64,000 bases of DNA from Octopus vulgaris (taxonomy: Eukaryota): positions 125,612,001-125,676,000 of the forward strand of contig OX597814.1 in assembly GCA_951406725.2 (NCBI GenBank), read 5' to 3'. A program made the position numbers and the translations under genes. A model generated the notes under the pieces. The model did no database searches. It worked only from the letters and a program-made list of their open reading frames with translations, and was not told where the DNA came from. This document shows positions 1 to 12,534 of this stretch, piece by piece (within the stretch, counting starts at the first letter, position 1; every line of letters begins with the position of its first letter).

Positions 1-444
1 AAATTGGCAACTAAAACCTTCACTGGTAATAGCCGGCTGTAGTTGTAACTGGGCTTCATGTACCTTTGCATGTCGTTTAAGTCCTCCTGCCGAATTACAC
101 TCTCTTCCACATGCCCGACAGATACATACATACATGCATACATACATCCTCTTTTTGATTGTTGTCGTAGTGTTTTATTAACAACCATGTCCTTGGTAGC
201 GAAGGTGTAAAGAATAGATATATATTATCACCGATTGGTCTCTTTTTTTTTGGGTGGGGGGCTATTTCTTTGTTTTGTTTATTTATATCCTTTTTGCTCA
301 CATATGTAATGATCATCTGTAACAGTCAGCACCGACGAACGAATGTTTAAGAAGTTTATTCTACATTCATAAGGTTTCCATATCCGGTCTCTATGCGAGG
401 TACCACAGAATATTTAGTGACTCATTGATTCAACCTGAGAAATA

Positions 445-1729
445 TTGGGTTGTCCGGAAATTTCGTGCTGATTTTTAAAGGAAAGAAAAAGGTCAATAAA
501 TACTTGCCATTACATTTTTAATCAACCAAATATGAACCATTTTGTTGCACAATGTGTCTCCATCTTTCCTTTAACTTGAAAATACCCTCTTCCCAGAATC
601 GAGGTAGGTTCACGGCAAAGAATTCATCAAAGTATCTTTTTACGTCATCCAAGAAATTGAAATTGTTACCATTAGGACTATTCTGCAGAGACCTGAATAA
701 GTGGAAATCCAAAGGAGCAATATCTGGTGAATACGGAGGGTGGGGTAACACATCCCAGTCGAGCTGCAGCAATTTTTGTCTTGTTCCCTAAGAAACGTGC
801 GGTCTTACATTATGATGTTGGAAAACAACACCCTTCCTGTTGGCCAGTTCTGGACGTTTCTCTTGAATTGCTGCTTTTAACTCGTCCAGTTGTGTGCAGT
901 ATTTCTCAGAATTAATTGTCTGGTTACTTGGGAGAAGCTCATAGTACAGAATTCCTTTCCAGTCGCACCAGACACAAAGCAAGACTTTTTAAGGGTGAAG
1001 ACCCGCTTTTGGGGTGGCTAAGGGTGGCTCATGTCGCTTACTCCAGGTTTGCTTTCTCTGAACATTTCGGTAGATAATCCATTTCTCATCACCTGTCACA
1101 ATTTGCTTTAAAAAAAGGCGTGTTTTCATTCCGTTTATAAAGCGAATCACAAATGGAAATGCGATCCAAAAGGTTCTTCTCATTCAACTCATGTGGTATC
1201 CAAACATCGTTGCGATTTGTGCACCCAAGCTTTACCAAGTGCTCGTGAACGACGGATTTTGATAGGTTGAGGCTTTCTGCCAATTCTCGGGTTATGCGAT
1301 GTGGGTTATTCTCAATTAATGACTTGATTTGGTCATCATCTGTAGTGGATGGTCTGCCTGATCGCTCTTTATCAATAAGGCTACAATCTCCAGCTCGGAA
1401 CCTTGAGAACGACATCTGTACAGTTCTTTCGGATAAAAAAACATCACCGTAAACTGCGCATATTTCTTTGGTTGCTTGTGAGGCATTTTTCCCTTTACGG
1501 AAAAAGAAAAGCATCAAGTGCCGAAAATGAACTTTCTTATCTTCCAGTTTAAAGAGTTACAGAATTAACACAGGTTATAGGAACATAAACCTTCTTCCAC
1601 GAAAAGATAGCTTAAACTGTGCTCTAAATGGAGGTGTAGTCAAATCCTATTTTATGGACTCAACCATGTTCTAAAATAAGTCGAAAGGTAAGCTATTATA
1701 AATCGACACGAACTTTCCAGACAACCCAA
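445..1729 (-). mobile_element. Full-length mariner transposon (mellifera-like), inactive
   Basis: Imperfect ~28-bp TIRs TTGGGTTGTCCGGAAATTTCGTGCTGATT / AATCGACACGAACTTTCCAGACAACCCAA; TA duplications at 443-444 and 1730-1731; ~1.29 kb length. Confidence 0.95.
518..1547 (-). pseudogene. mariner DD34D transposase pseudogene
   Basis: Split over 4 ORFs (1089-1517, 989-1183, 788-982, 518-772): (L)EDKKVHFRHLMLFFFRKGKNASQA, WIPHEL, TGDEKW, HHNVRPH (second Asp lost), YSPDIAPLDFHLF. Start codon reads CTG; about 3 frameshifts. Confidence 0.95.
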
Positions 1730-2104
1730 TACATTAAGGTTACACGTTTCCATTGGTGTAACTAGAGTGTGTGCAACCCTAGGCTGCCCTTGAGTTTGCT
1801 GCCACCCTCGAATCCCCAGACCAATACAGACTTATACAGCGACCCAAAAGTGCCGCCGCCATAAAAATGTCACTCGGAACCCATCACATACTTATCTCTT
1901 CTTCACTTCCAGCTCTCTTAATTTACTGAGTGGATAGTTCCTTTGATGGAACAACGGATTGGTCATAATCCTAATAGACGGAAGATCAATGAAGAATTAT
2001 GGAGTTGTGTCAGTTTCTGAAACAAATCGTGTTCAGTCATATTTTGATTTAAGTCAAGGTGTTACCCATCCCGCTACTCTAAAATATCCCATCTGAAATA
2101 ATCT

Positions 2105-2492
2105 TTTACTTGCGGCAGTCATTAGACTGCGGCCAAGCTGGAGCAGCGCCTTTAAGAGTTCAGTCGAACAAATCAACTCCAACACTTATTTTAAAGTTTA
2201 GTCCTTATTCTATTCTTTTTCCTGAATCGCTAAGTTACGGAGTCGCAAAAAAATAGAGGAACACCGATTGTCAAGCAATGGGTAAGACAAAAGACATAAA
2301 TACCATACACACACACACACACACACACACACATACGACGAGCTTCCGCACAGTTTTCCGTCTACCAAATCCACTCACCGGGCATTAGCTGATTCGGAGC
2401 TATAGAAGACTCTTGCTTAATGTGCCCTGCAATGGGACTGAAATCGAAACCACGTGGTTGTAAATCGAGCTTCTCAACCACACAGCCACGCC
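2105..2492 (-). mobile_element. SINE family A (tRNA-like head, internal microsatellite), diverged copy
   Basis: Matches head (GGCGTGGCTGTGTGGT...) and tail (CCAGCnTGGCCGCAGTC..TGACTG) of about 15 other copies in the window. Confidence 0.85.
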
Positions 2493-2550
2493 CGAATATA
2501 ATCTGATAAATATATTTGGGGTACACACTGTGTTTGTGAACTCCTTAAAG

Positions 2551-2843
2551 GAAAGGTAAAGTCGACCTCGGCGGAATTTGAACTCAGAACGTAGCGGCAG
2601 ACGAAATACCTTTTTTTTTTTACTACCCACAAGGGGCTAAACACAGAGAGGACAAACAAGGACAGACAAACGGATTAAGTCAATTATATCGACCCCAGTG
2701 CGTAACTGGTACTTAATTAATCGACCCCGAAAGGATGAAAGGCAAAGTCGACCTCGGCGGAATTTGAACTCAGAACTTAAAAACAGACGATATACCACTA
2801 AGTATTTCTCCCGGCGTGCTAACGATTCTGCTAGCTCGCCGCC
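2551..2843 (-). mobile_element. SINE family B, full copy (2622-2843) followed by partial copy (2551-2610)
   Basis: Head GGCGGCGAGCTAGCAGAATCGTTAGC, B-box-like GAGTTCAAATTCC, central GTCGACTTTGCCTTTCATCCTTTCGGGGTCGAT; near-identical to 42130-42362. Confidence 0.88.
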
Positions 2844-3796
2844 CTGATTTGCCGGAACATATCAACAATGAATACGTACGCAATGGTTTTGATGTTCGCT
2901 ATTCTTCATGCACGTGACTATTCTATTTTTGGATTCTACCAATTTTGTTTTGTTAACTCGACTACATTTTGTTCCTCTTTATTGTCTATTGTTGTTGTTG
3001 TTGTTATCTTTTTGTTCCTTATTTTATTCTTGATTGTTCTGGTTACCAAAACATAGTTCACGGGGAGATGGTACCTCGAGGACATTCTTTCACAGTTAGC
3101 AATGATGTATCTAATGTTTTCCGATTCGGTTTTGTGTACTACATTTGTTGTTAGCTGATGCTTCTTGTCTTTTTGTTGGTTACTTGATAGGGATTTCATA
3201 CTCCAGAGTTACACACGTAAAATATGCATGCTACTACATATGTGAATGTGTACGAATGTATCTATACATGTGTATATATGCGTGCATGTTTGTATGTAAG
3301 AATGTATGCATGTTTTTGTCGAGTGCATGTACGTACGTATGTATTATGTATACATTTTTGTAAGTGTATGTGATATGTGGTATGTGTATGTATGTATACA
3401 GACACGCACACACAAACACACACTCAAAACACACTCTGTCATGTTGCGTATGGTACACTTGTATTTACATATTTTCTAATATACGTATGCATATGTAGTA
3501 TATATTCATGTCTCTTTTTTAATTTCTACTTATAAAGAAGGAGTGGTTTACTAAGAAACAAAGCTCCGTCGTTGAAATTTAGAAAGCAATAAACGGTCTT
3601 GTATCTCTCTTATTAGTTTTGAAGGAAGCGTTCACTCCTGCAGGACATCTGAACTCCACAACAGTGCATAATCTGTTTTCTGTCCTTTACCGCTATATTG
3701 ACCACTAATATTCTATATATCGGAACGAAGGAATACATTCAACATGAAGTGCATTTATTAAATCTGTCCCAAAACAGTCTTTACAACAGATGATAT

Positions 3797-4193
3797 TTTA
3801 CTTTTACTTTTACTTTTACTCGTTTCAGTCATTTGACTGCGGCCATGCTGGAGCACCGCCTTTAGTCGAGCGAATCGACCCCGGGACTTATTCTTTGTAA
3901 GCCCAGTACTTACTCTATCGGTCTCTTTTTGCCGAACCGCTAAGTTACGGGGGCGTAAACACACCAGCATCGGTTGTCAAGCAAACACAGTCACACAAAC
4001 ACATACACACACACATATATACATATATACGACAGGCTTCTTTCAGTTTCCGTCTACCAAATCGACTCACAAGGCTTTGGTCGGCGCGGGGCTATAGTAG
4101 AAGACACTTGCCCAAGATGCCACGCAGAAGGGCTGAACCCGGAACCATGTGGCTGGTTAGCAAGCTACTTACCACACAGCCACTCCTGCGCCT
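3797..4193 (-). mobile_element. SINE family A
   Basis: Head GGCGCAGGAGTGGCTGTGTGGTAAG...GGTTCAGCCC; tail GGCGGTGCTCCAGCATGGCCGCAGTCAAATGACTGAAAC then (GTAAAA)n. Confidence 0.92.
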
Positions 4194-4920
4194 ATATATA
4201 TTGTATATTATTTTAGCAAAAACCTCACCCTACAGAGGAAAGTAATATCTTGTTGACATTTTTGGACAGCTGCTGATCATATGCGTAAAGTTTTCCACAA
4301 TTAGTTCATATAAATCAGAATTTTCGGAAGCATCTTGATGGTTTAAGAACTTCGCAGTGTTTTTTGTTCGTGATACTTAGCAGCCATCATCTGCTTTTGG
4401 ATTACGAAAGTATAACCTTTGAACTGTGACACCATGTAACGGCCACGACTCCAAGAGAGGCTACACTTCCTGTCGACTGGCATATGGGAACACTATTAGT
4501 ACAATGTTTCGCTTCCAGGATTTTTTATAAGAGGAGAAAGGATATCGCTTATGACCCTTTTAGGGGTTTCATAACTGGTGGAAGGAAAGGAGGAAGTTAT
4601 CTTCAGATTAGAAATCTGACTCGAAATGTCTACCACTGAACAATAGGAAAGGGTCATTTGACGGGCTTCCACGGAGTTTCTCTCAATTTAATTTCACTGA
4701 TAAGGCTTTGGTCAACGCAAAGCTATAGTTCAAGACATTTTCTTATAGTAGAGCCTTGTGGGATTGAACCTGCAAATTAAACTTCTTAACTGCACAGCCA
4801 TGCTTGTACCCGTGATGTTTGTTCGTTCAGTAGTTTTGGTGGCACATGAAACATCTGCTTTTTCAAGAGTTCTCTCCTATTTCTTTAGATATGTATGTAC
4901 GAATATTTAGCATGTATGTA

Positions 4921-4969
<49 letters not shown>

Positions 4970-5145
4970 CCATAAGCATGTGTACTTGTGTTTGCGCTTA
5001 GATATATAGGTATAATAGTATATATCGTATACATAACGAGAGAAAACTATCCCATAAAAAGACACCTACACAGACGCACGCACACACGTATATGACGAAA
5101 GAAAAATCACCCAATATATATATATATATGCGTGAGTATGTGGAC

Positions 5146-5177
<32 letters not shown>

Positions 5178-5581
5178 GTGTGTGTGTTCGGTGTGTGTGT
5201 GTGTGTGTATGTGTATGCGTGGGTGTCTGTGCGTGTGTATGATGTGTTATTGATCTCCGATTGTGGAGAAAATTATTTGGCATATTTTGTTATATTGTGA
5301 GTTCAAATTCTACTGATGTCAACTTTGCTTTTCATTTCTTTTCTTTCAGGGGTCAATAAAATAATTACCAATAAAATATTTAAGACACAACATGTCTCCT
5401 CTGAAAATAAATGGCTTTGTGCCAGTCTAAGAAGCCATTATGTTATTGATCTCAGGTCTCCTTAAATTCTTTGATCTTTTTATTTTTGTCATCGATTATA
5501 AAATGGATGGCAGACAAATGTGAAATTTTCGGTCATAGTGAAGATGTGTGAAGTTTGATGGTAGGAAAAAATAATGAAGTA

Positions 5582-5781
5582 CCGTATTTGATGGCTTAAA
5601 AGATGCACGGGCGTATCAGGCGTATCCATATTTCAGCAATGCAAACTCAGGAAAAAAGAAAAACGTTTTGGCGCATTAATACAAATAATATAGGCCCAAT
5701 ATCTTATATAAGACCCCAGGTGAGATTTTTGAGAATTATTTTTTAGGACAAAAAGTAAGCTTTATATGCTATCAAATATGG
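5582..5781. mobile_element. Tc1/mariner-superfamily (pogo/Tc2-like) MITE
   Basis: Imperfect TIRs CCGTATTTGATGGC / GCTATCAAATATGG, with TA on both sides. Confidence 0.7.
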
Positions 5782-5941
5782 TAGACAGACAGCGACCGCG
5801 GGATGTCATGTGTCTACAGAGTGTATAAATCTTACCAAACTGAGAGGGTAAAAAATATGGACTCTGCTCTATCCTCTCTGACTACGATATAACAAAAAAA
5901 AAAAAGAACTGATGGATTGACAGGATGTCTAATCTGAAACC

Positions 5942-6690
5942 CAGTGGCGTAACTAGATTTAGTGCCGCCCGGGACAGCCTTTGAGCTAGCCCCACTCCCA
6001 CCTCAAGACTATACAGGCTTATGCAGCGGACCCTAAAGTGCCGTCTTCCTCAAAGCATCACCCTCCTCCTCTTCTTCGTGTCCGCTCCTCCTGAAATCTT
6101 ATGTCACCTGATTAATATCACTTTATTGTGTTATGTTCGGGTAAATTCACTTTCATGTGACATTAAAGTTGGTTGCAAAGCTGTTTAAGAGGGTTACTCG
6201 AGTAGCAGACTCGTTAGAGAATCAATAAAATATTTGGGGGTACATTTAGTTACGGCCCTTTATGTTCTGAGTTCAAATCTTGCTGATGTCGGTTTCTTTT
6301 GCTTGTTCTTCTTTTCGGGTCGATAAAGTATGTGCTAGAAGCCGTTGCGTAGCTGGTGGAAGGTGTTCATTGAAGCAGTCCACCCAGGTGACACTTTTAG
6401 GAGTGGGGGATACGTTTAGATCTGTTGTCGGGACCGTCTTAAGACATGGGCACACCGGGAAGTTGCCCGGTGGTGGGGTGAGTACAGGGTCTATACGGGT
6501 ACTCAAGCACAATTCTGACCTGTGTATGTTTTGGCTTGATAAATAAATGCAATAGGGCCCAGTGCACTGAATTGCCCAGGGACTCACAATGCTGCTAGTG
6601 CGACTCCGTTTGTATAAGGAGGCAGAGATGGGCGTTGGGCGGTAAATTCAAGGGCTGTCTCGGGCACCACGCATCCTAGCTACACCACCG
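5942..6690. mobile_element. hAT-like termini (CAGTGGCGTAACTAG) in inverted orientation, with a second hAT-like MITE at ~6427-6609 between them
   Basis: 5942-6050 resembles the reverse complement of ~6610-6690 and a third copy at ~1751-1860. Inner element GGGACCGTCTTAAGACATGGGCAC...TTGCCCAGGG. No 8-bp TSD seen. Confidence 0.5.
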
Positions 6691-7964
6691 ATTAGTAAAG
6701 TTCTGAATTTTATTTAGTCAACTGCAAATCACCTGCAGGTGTTGGCCCTGCCGGTTGTTCAATGATGGGCATTAGAGGAACGGTGTAAATCTGCGGAATC
6801 TGGGTTTATGTTGTCCAAAAGTCTCGTTGTGGCGATTTTTGGAAAATAGTTAAGTTTTAGGTTTGTGCAGTTTACGGTCGGGTTTCAGTTTCTTTTCGGA
6901 GCTGCTTCGTTTCATGGGTATTCTTCTGGAGAGGGAATGTGACGAACGGTTGAGCTTTTAATTTTTGACATATCACGGTAAAGCGGTAATAAAACATTTC
7001 TGCATAAGACAGACTGCAGTCCATGTTAATGAAAAGATGTTTTACTCTCGATATGTGTCCATAAATCCAACATTTGAAATATGCGAGATGTGAAATATTA
7101 TAAATACCCCGCCGAGTCTCTAATTCAAATTTTTATCGCTATTGATGGAATCAAAGGAGAACATTTTGTCTGAATCGATCAAATAGAAATTATATAAATG
7201 CTATTCCAGTTACATGTGAAGATTTCTCACAATACAACTATTCTGAATTAAAACTGTTGCTAAAATTATACATTACATGTCGAATAATGTGCGTTATGAG
7301 TTTCTGCGGTAGCAATGTATCTGTGTGTCTGTGCGCGCGCATTTGTGTATACGTGTGTACATGTTTTTGTGAATACGCATGTGCATAGGAGAGAAAGAGA
7401 GAAAGAGAGAGAGTTTACATTTGTATGGAGAGGTTGGAGGTGTGTGTGCATGTAGAAAGAAATATGCATATATATTCACATATATTATATCTATATTATT
7501 TTCACATAATACATATTTCCATCTGTGTATATGTGTGTGTGTGTGTGTATAGACATATGCATGTATGTATGCATTATGTACATAATATACGAGAGAGGTG
7601 TGGAAGACAAAGAGATAGAGAGGGAAAGAATCTTTTGTTTATAGTAGATGTAAAAAAAAAAATGTCTGCAAAATTACAGAAGACTAAGTTACCTCTTCCC
7701 AACTAGCGATATACTTCAGTTTTGATCAATTGTTGAATTTCAGCAAAATATAAACGTTATGGTGTTGCCTGTATTGTTACACAGACAAACGTCTTAGACC
7801 CACATCACAGTTTTGCTCACATGGATATAGGGAGAGTGGAGCTGCTGCTACAGACACACACGCAAATCCTATATTTGAAATTTGAATTTTAGTACTGCGC
7901 ATATATATACATACATACATACATACATGCATACATACATACATACATACATATATATTTTTTT

Positions 7965-8167
7965 TCTCTTTTTACTTGTTTCAGTCATCTGCCTGCGGCC
8001 ATGCTGGAGCACCGCCTTTAGTCGAGCAAATCGACCCCGGGACTTATTCTTTGTAAGCCCAGTACTTATTCTATCGGTTTCTTTTGCCGAACCGCTAAGT
8101 GACGGGGACGTAAACACACCAGCATCGGTTGTCAAGCAATGCTAGGGGGACAAACACAGACACACAA

Positions 8168-8208
<41 letters not shown>

Positions 8209-8375
8209 TACGACAGGCTTCTTTCAGTTTCAGTCTACCAAATCCACTCACAAGGCATTGGTCGGCCCGGGGCTATAGCAGAAGACACTTGCCCAAGATG
8301 CCACGCAGTGGGACTAAACCCCCGGAACCATGTGGTTAGTTAGCAAGCTACTTACCACACAGCCACTCCTGCGCC
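7965..8375 (-). mobile_element. SINE family A
   Basis: Full head and tail with internal (CA)/(TA) tract. Confidence 0.92.
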
Positions 8376-8410
8376 TATATATATATATATATATATATAG
8401 ATATATATAG

Positions 8411-8559
8411 ATCAATAAATGGTGGGGTTGTGTTGACTGCACGTGGAGAAATGATAAGCAAGGAAAAATTGTAAAAATGCAGAATGCTAAATTGAAAGAA
8501 AATTTTAATGAAAATTTTCTTTCAATTTAGCATTCTGCATTTTTACAATTTTTCCTTGC
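8411..8559. repeat. Short fold-back insertion in (TA)n: 49-bp perfect inverted repeat plus unpaired tail
   Basis: Arms 8458-8506 and 8511-8559 are exact reverse complements around loop AATG; unique tail 8411-8457; (TA)n on both flanks. Confidence 0.9.
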
Positions 8560-8747
8560 CTATATATATATATACATATATATATATGAGAAAGTTGGTG
8601 TGTGAAAGCACGTGGTTGAATATATAGAAAATAGTAAAAAATGAAAAAACTACAGAAGGCTTGTTTTAAAAGGTAAAAAAATATATATTTGAGTCATTAT
8701 GTCTGAAGAATGTTATAATTTTTTTTCATACAATGACATAGTTTTTG

Positions 8748-8787
8748 AAGAAATGACCGGTTTCGCGTTCAGCTTTTCAAATTTCTT
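8748..8787 (-). ncRNA. Minimal type I hammerhead ribozyme, U3:A8 core variant
   Basis: Minus strand: AAGAAAU UUGAAAA GC-UGAAC-GC GAAA CCG GUC AUUUCUU; 7-bp helix I, palindromic helix III ACCGGU. Confidence 0.7.
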
Positions 8788-9144
8788 ACATCGTTATGTT
8801 TACGTTGAGAAGTGTGAAGAAAGAGTTCCAGATAAGGGGAGGTAATAAGTGATTTCTTCCGGTGTAAGGGAGATAATCGCTTAATACTTTTTGCCTTTTT
8901 TTTTGGAGTGAGTTTCTCTGTATAAGAATGTTGGAATGGTTCAGTTTGGGCTTGTATTTTTCAATGAAGAATGTTTTCTTGTTTAGTCTAATTTGTGTTG
9001 GTGTTCCGATAGCACATTGGTAAAATGGAAAGATTAAAAATTGTGGTAGTAGTTGCTTTGCGCATTTCTCAATGTGCTCACTAAAGGGTATCATTCTGTA
9101 TTCAACTCTTTCTTCACACTTCTCAACGTAAACATAACGATGTA

Positions 9145-9182
9145 AGAAATTTGAAAAGCTAAACGCGAAACCGGTCATTTCT
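9145..9182 (+). ncRNA. Minimal type I hammerhead ribozyme, U3:A8 core variant (inverted copy)
   Basis: AGAAAT TTGAAAA GC-TAAAC-GC GAAA CCG GTC ATTTCT. Confidence 0.7.
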
Positions 9183-9330
9183 CCAAAAATTATGTCATTG
9201 TATGAAAAAAATTTATAACATTCTTCAGACATAATGACTCAAATATATATTTTTTAACCTTTTAAAACAAGCCTTCTGTAGTTTTTTCACCTTTTACTAT
9301 TTTCTATATATATATATATATATATATACT

Positions 9331-9760
9331 TGCAGGCGTGGCTGTGTGGTAAGAAGTTTACTTCCTAGCCACATGGTTCCGGGTTCAGTCCCACTGCGTG
9401 GCACTTTGGGCAAGTATCCTCTACTATAACCTCGGGTCAACCAAAGCCTTGTGAGTAGATTTGACAGAGAGAAACTGGTAGAAGACTATCGTATGTGTGT
9501 GTGTGTGTTGTGTGTGCGTGCGCGCGCGTGTGTAGTTGTGTCTGTGTTTCTCGCCCACCATCGCATGACAACCGTGTTGGTGCGTTTGCGTCCCCGTAAT
9601 TTAGCGGTTCAGCAAAAGAGAACGATAGTATAATTACCAGGCTTTAAAAAATAAGTACTGGGATCGATTCGTTAAACCCAAATTCTTCAAGGGGTATCCC
9701 AGCACGGCTGCAATCTCAAGGGGTATCGCAGCACGGCTGCAATCAAATGACTAAACCAGA
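9331..9760 (+). mobile_element. SINE family A variant
   Basis: Head GCAGGCGTGGCTGTGTGGTAAG...GGTTCAGTCCC; tail has a local ~28-bp tandem duplication. Confidence 0.85.
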
Positions 9761-9762
9761 TA

Positions 9763-9870
<108 letters not shown>

Positions 9871-9884
9871 TTATATATATAATC

Positions 9885-10074
9885 TTTTATTTTGTTTTAG
9901 TCATTGATATGCAGCCATGTCGGGACGCCGCCTGGAAGTGTTTAGTCGAAGAAATTGACCAAGAACATGTTATCTTAAATTCTCATGCTCAATTCTATCG
10001 CCCGCTTTTGCTGAAACCGCTAAGTTACGGGTACGTGCAAAAAAATTAATCAGACGATGATAGGGGTTTATGTA

Positions 10075-10125
<51 letters not shown>

Positions 10126-10375
10126 TCATGCACACACTCATGCACACACACATGCATACATACATAGATACATATATATATATATAGATGTATACATATA
10201 CACATATATATATACATATAAAAGCGACGGGCTACCGTAGTTTCCACCTGCCAAATTCACTCACAAGGTCATCGGTCGGCTCATGGCTACAGTAGAAGAC
10301 ACTCGCTTAAGGTACATTATAGTATCACTTAAACCGAAAGCAAGTGATTGCATAACGAGCTCCTTAACCCAATAT
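9885..10375 (-). mobile_element. SINE family A, diverged
   Basis: Tail and head motifs with expanded internal (CA)n/(TA)n. Confidence 0.7.
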
Positions 10376-10418
10376 ATGGGGACAATGCTACAACTACACA
10401 CACACATACACACACATA

Positions 10419-10459
<41 letters not shown>

Positions 10460-10719
10460 GCACACACAGACCCTCACAAGAAAACTGTTCACATTTATTG
10501 CTCAATACTGTTTGTGTGAGCACATAAACTTACTAGGCCTACATTAAGGTAGTGTTCACATGTGAGGGACAGGGTTGTTTCGTTAAAAAGTATTCTAAAC
10601 CCACACAAGAACACTGCTCATTTGTGGTACTGTTACACACATGTGCTGCCATGAGACACACAAACATCCCAGACCCACATTACAGCGCTGCTTATATCCA
10701 AAGGAAGGCCATTTGACTA

Positions 10720-10918
10720 ATTGGTTTCCAATTTTGGCTCAAAGCCAGCAATTACGGGGATGGAGTAAGTCGATTACATCAACCCCAGCTCTCAACGGGT
10801 ACTTATTTTATCACCCACGAAAGGACGGAAGGCAATGTCGACCTCAGCAGAATTTGAACTCACAACATAAGACTGACGAAATGCCCGGCGTGCTAACTAT
10901 TCTGACGGATCGCCGCCT
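10720..10918 (-). mobile_element. SINE family B variant
   Basis: GTCGATTACATCAACCCCAG...GTCGACCTCAGCAGAATTTGAACTC...CCCGGCGTGCTAAC. Confidence 0.75.
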
Positions 10919-11325
10919 TAGACAACTCGACTCACTCAACAACTCATTCCGATCACAAATTCACAGAACTGTTGTGTTACTTTCTCATTGTTCCTTCGAC
11001 CACTACTATAACCACATCTTCTCTGGGGCTAACATAAACTTTACATCTTCACTATCCTGGACTATCTCGTTCATTCTCCTCCAATCCTTTCGTGTATTCT
11101 GCTGTGTACTATCTCCCATAATCCGGACTGAACACCAACACAAGCCTTCCTCCTTGGAGTTGCAGCCCTTTGAAACTCCCACCTCATCTGCGGAACGTTT
11201 CATTCCCAGGTCAACCCTGAGAGGGTATGCTTAGGATAAAACGGTTCAAAATATGACCATCGTATCCTTTTTCTTCATATGTGTGTGCGTATGTGTATGT
11301 ATGTATGTATATAAATATATGCGTG

Positions 11326-11391
<66 letters not shown>

Positions 11392-11397
<6 letters not shown>

Positions 11398-12534
11398 AAG
11401 TTTGAATTGTTTCCAAAGGAATTTTTGTCCATTCTTCAGCTAAAACAGCCTCCAGCTCTTGTAGTGATGATGGTGGAGGATATCGACTCCTTACTTGTGT
11501 TTCTAAAATGCACCATAAATGTTCAATAATATTGAGATTTGGGGACTGTGAAGGCCAGATAAGATGTTCAACTTCACTAGAGTGTTCTTCGTGCCGTTCA
11601 GTGACAACTTTAGCTGTGTGAATTGGTGCATTATCATCCTGAAAGATTGCGTTTCCTTCCGGAAACAGTTCCGCAACTGTAGGATGAATTTGATCTGATG
11701 AAATGCTTAGTCTTAACTATTAATTCTTCCATGAAGGGGCCGGCGGATTTCAAAAATATAGCCCCCCAGATCATCACAGATCCTCCTCCATGTTTAACAG
11801 TTGAAAGAAGACAGTCTGGGTCAAATGCTTCTTTTGGCTGTCTCCTGACGTATGCTTGGCCGTTGGTTGGAAATAAGGTAAAGGATGACTCATTCGAGAA
11901 AATAACATTCTTCCACTGCTCTAGGGACCAATTCTGTAGGTTTTTACTCCACTCTAAAAGCTTTGCAACGTTTGTTTTTGAAAGTAGTGATTTTCTGACT
12001 ACAGCCCTCCTGTAAAATCCGGCTCTGTGCAGCTCCCGGCGAACATTTTTTTGTGGAAACTGGGTTCTCGAGGTGGTCATTAAGCTCTACAGTAATTTTG
12101 GGAGTACTTTTGTGATCCTTTCTATCAATTCGTGTAAGAGTCCGACGGTCCCTTTCAGAAAGATTTGGTTTTCTTCCGGAGTTTTATTTCGGCGAGGAGG
12201 TTTTTCCCTCTTTCTCAAAGGTTGTCATTACTTTCGTGACAGTACTTTCTGATACACCAAACATTCCGGCTGTTTTCGTAACGCTAGCGCCTGCCATACG
12301 AGCACCGACAATTTGACCTCTTTGTAAGTCCGATAGATCTGTCATTTTAATGAATTTTTATTACCTTTTTCTGATGATATCTGAAAAGAAACAGCAATTG
12401 TTGCAAAAGATATTAAGCAACACTAATAATAAATAAAAAAAACATAAAATAAACAAGCTTTTGACGGTTTTATAGATATTTCAAAATTTTGATGCTATGA
12501 TGCTGGGTGTTTCCATTATTTTGTCCAACCCCTG
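11392..12534 (-). mobile_element. Tc1-like (DD34E) transposon, 3'-truncated, transposase pseudogene
   Basis: 5' TIR CAGGGGTTGGACAAAATAATGGAAACACC next to TA. ATG at 12345: MTDLSDLQRGQIVGARMAG; FSNES, KHGGGSVMIWG, QDDNAPIH, SPNLNIIE; stops and frameshifts. Confidence 0.92.

Larger units (their letters stand above)
8588..9312 (-). mobile_element. 5'-truncated Penelope-like element with inverted pseudo-LTRs
   Basis: ~208-bp inverted arms 8620-8827 / 9104-9312. Spacer encodes (minus) SEHIEKC...FLIFPFYQ...RLNKKTFFIEKYKPKLN, resembling a PLE GIY-YIG C-terminus. Tail 8588-8619; (TA)n flanks. Confidence 0.85.

Noticed and set aside
2868-3199. Overlapping ORFs in unique-looking sequence
   Set aside because: No recognisable domain or convincing splice-site pair.
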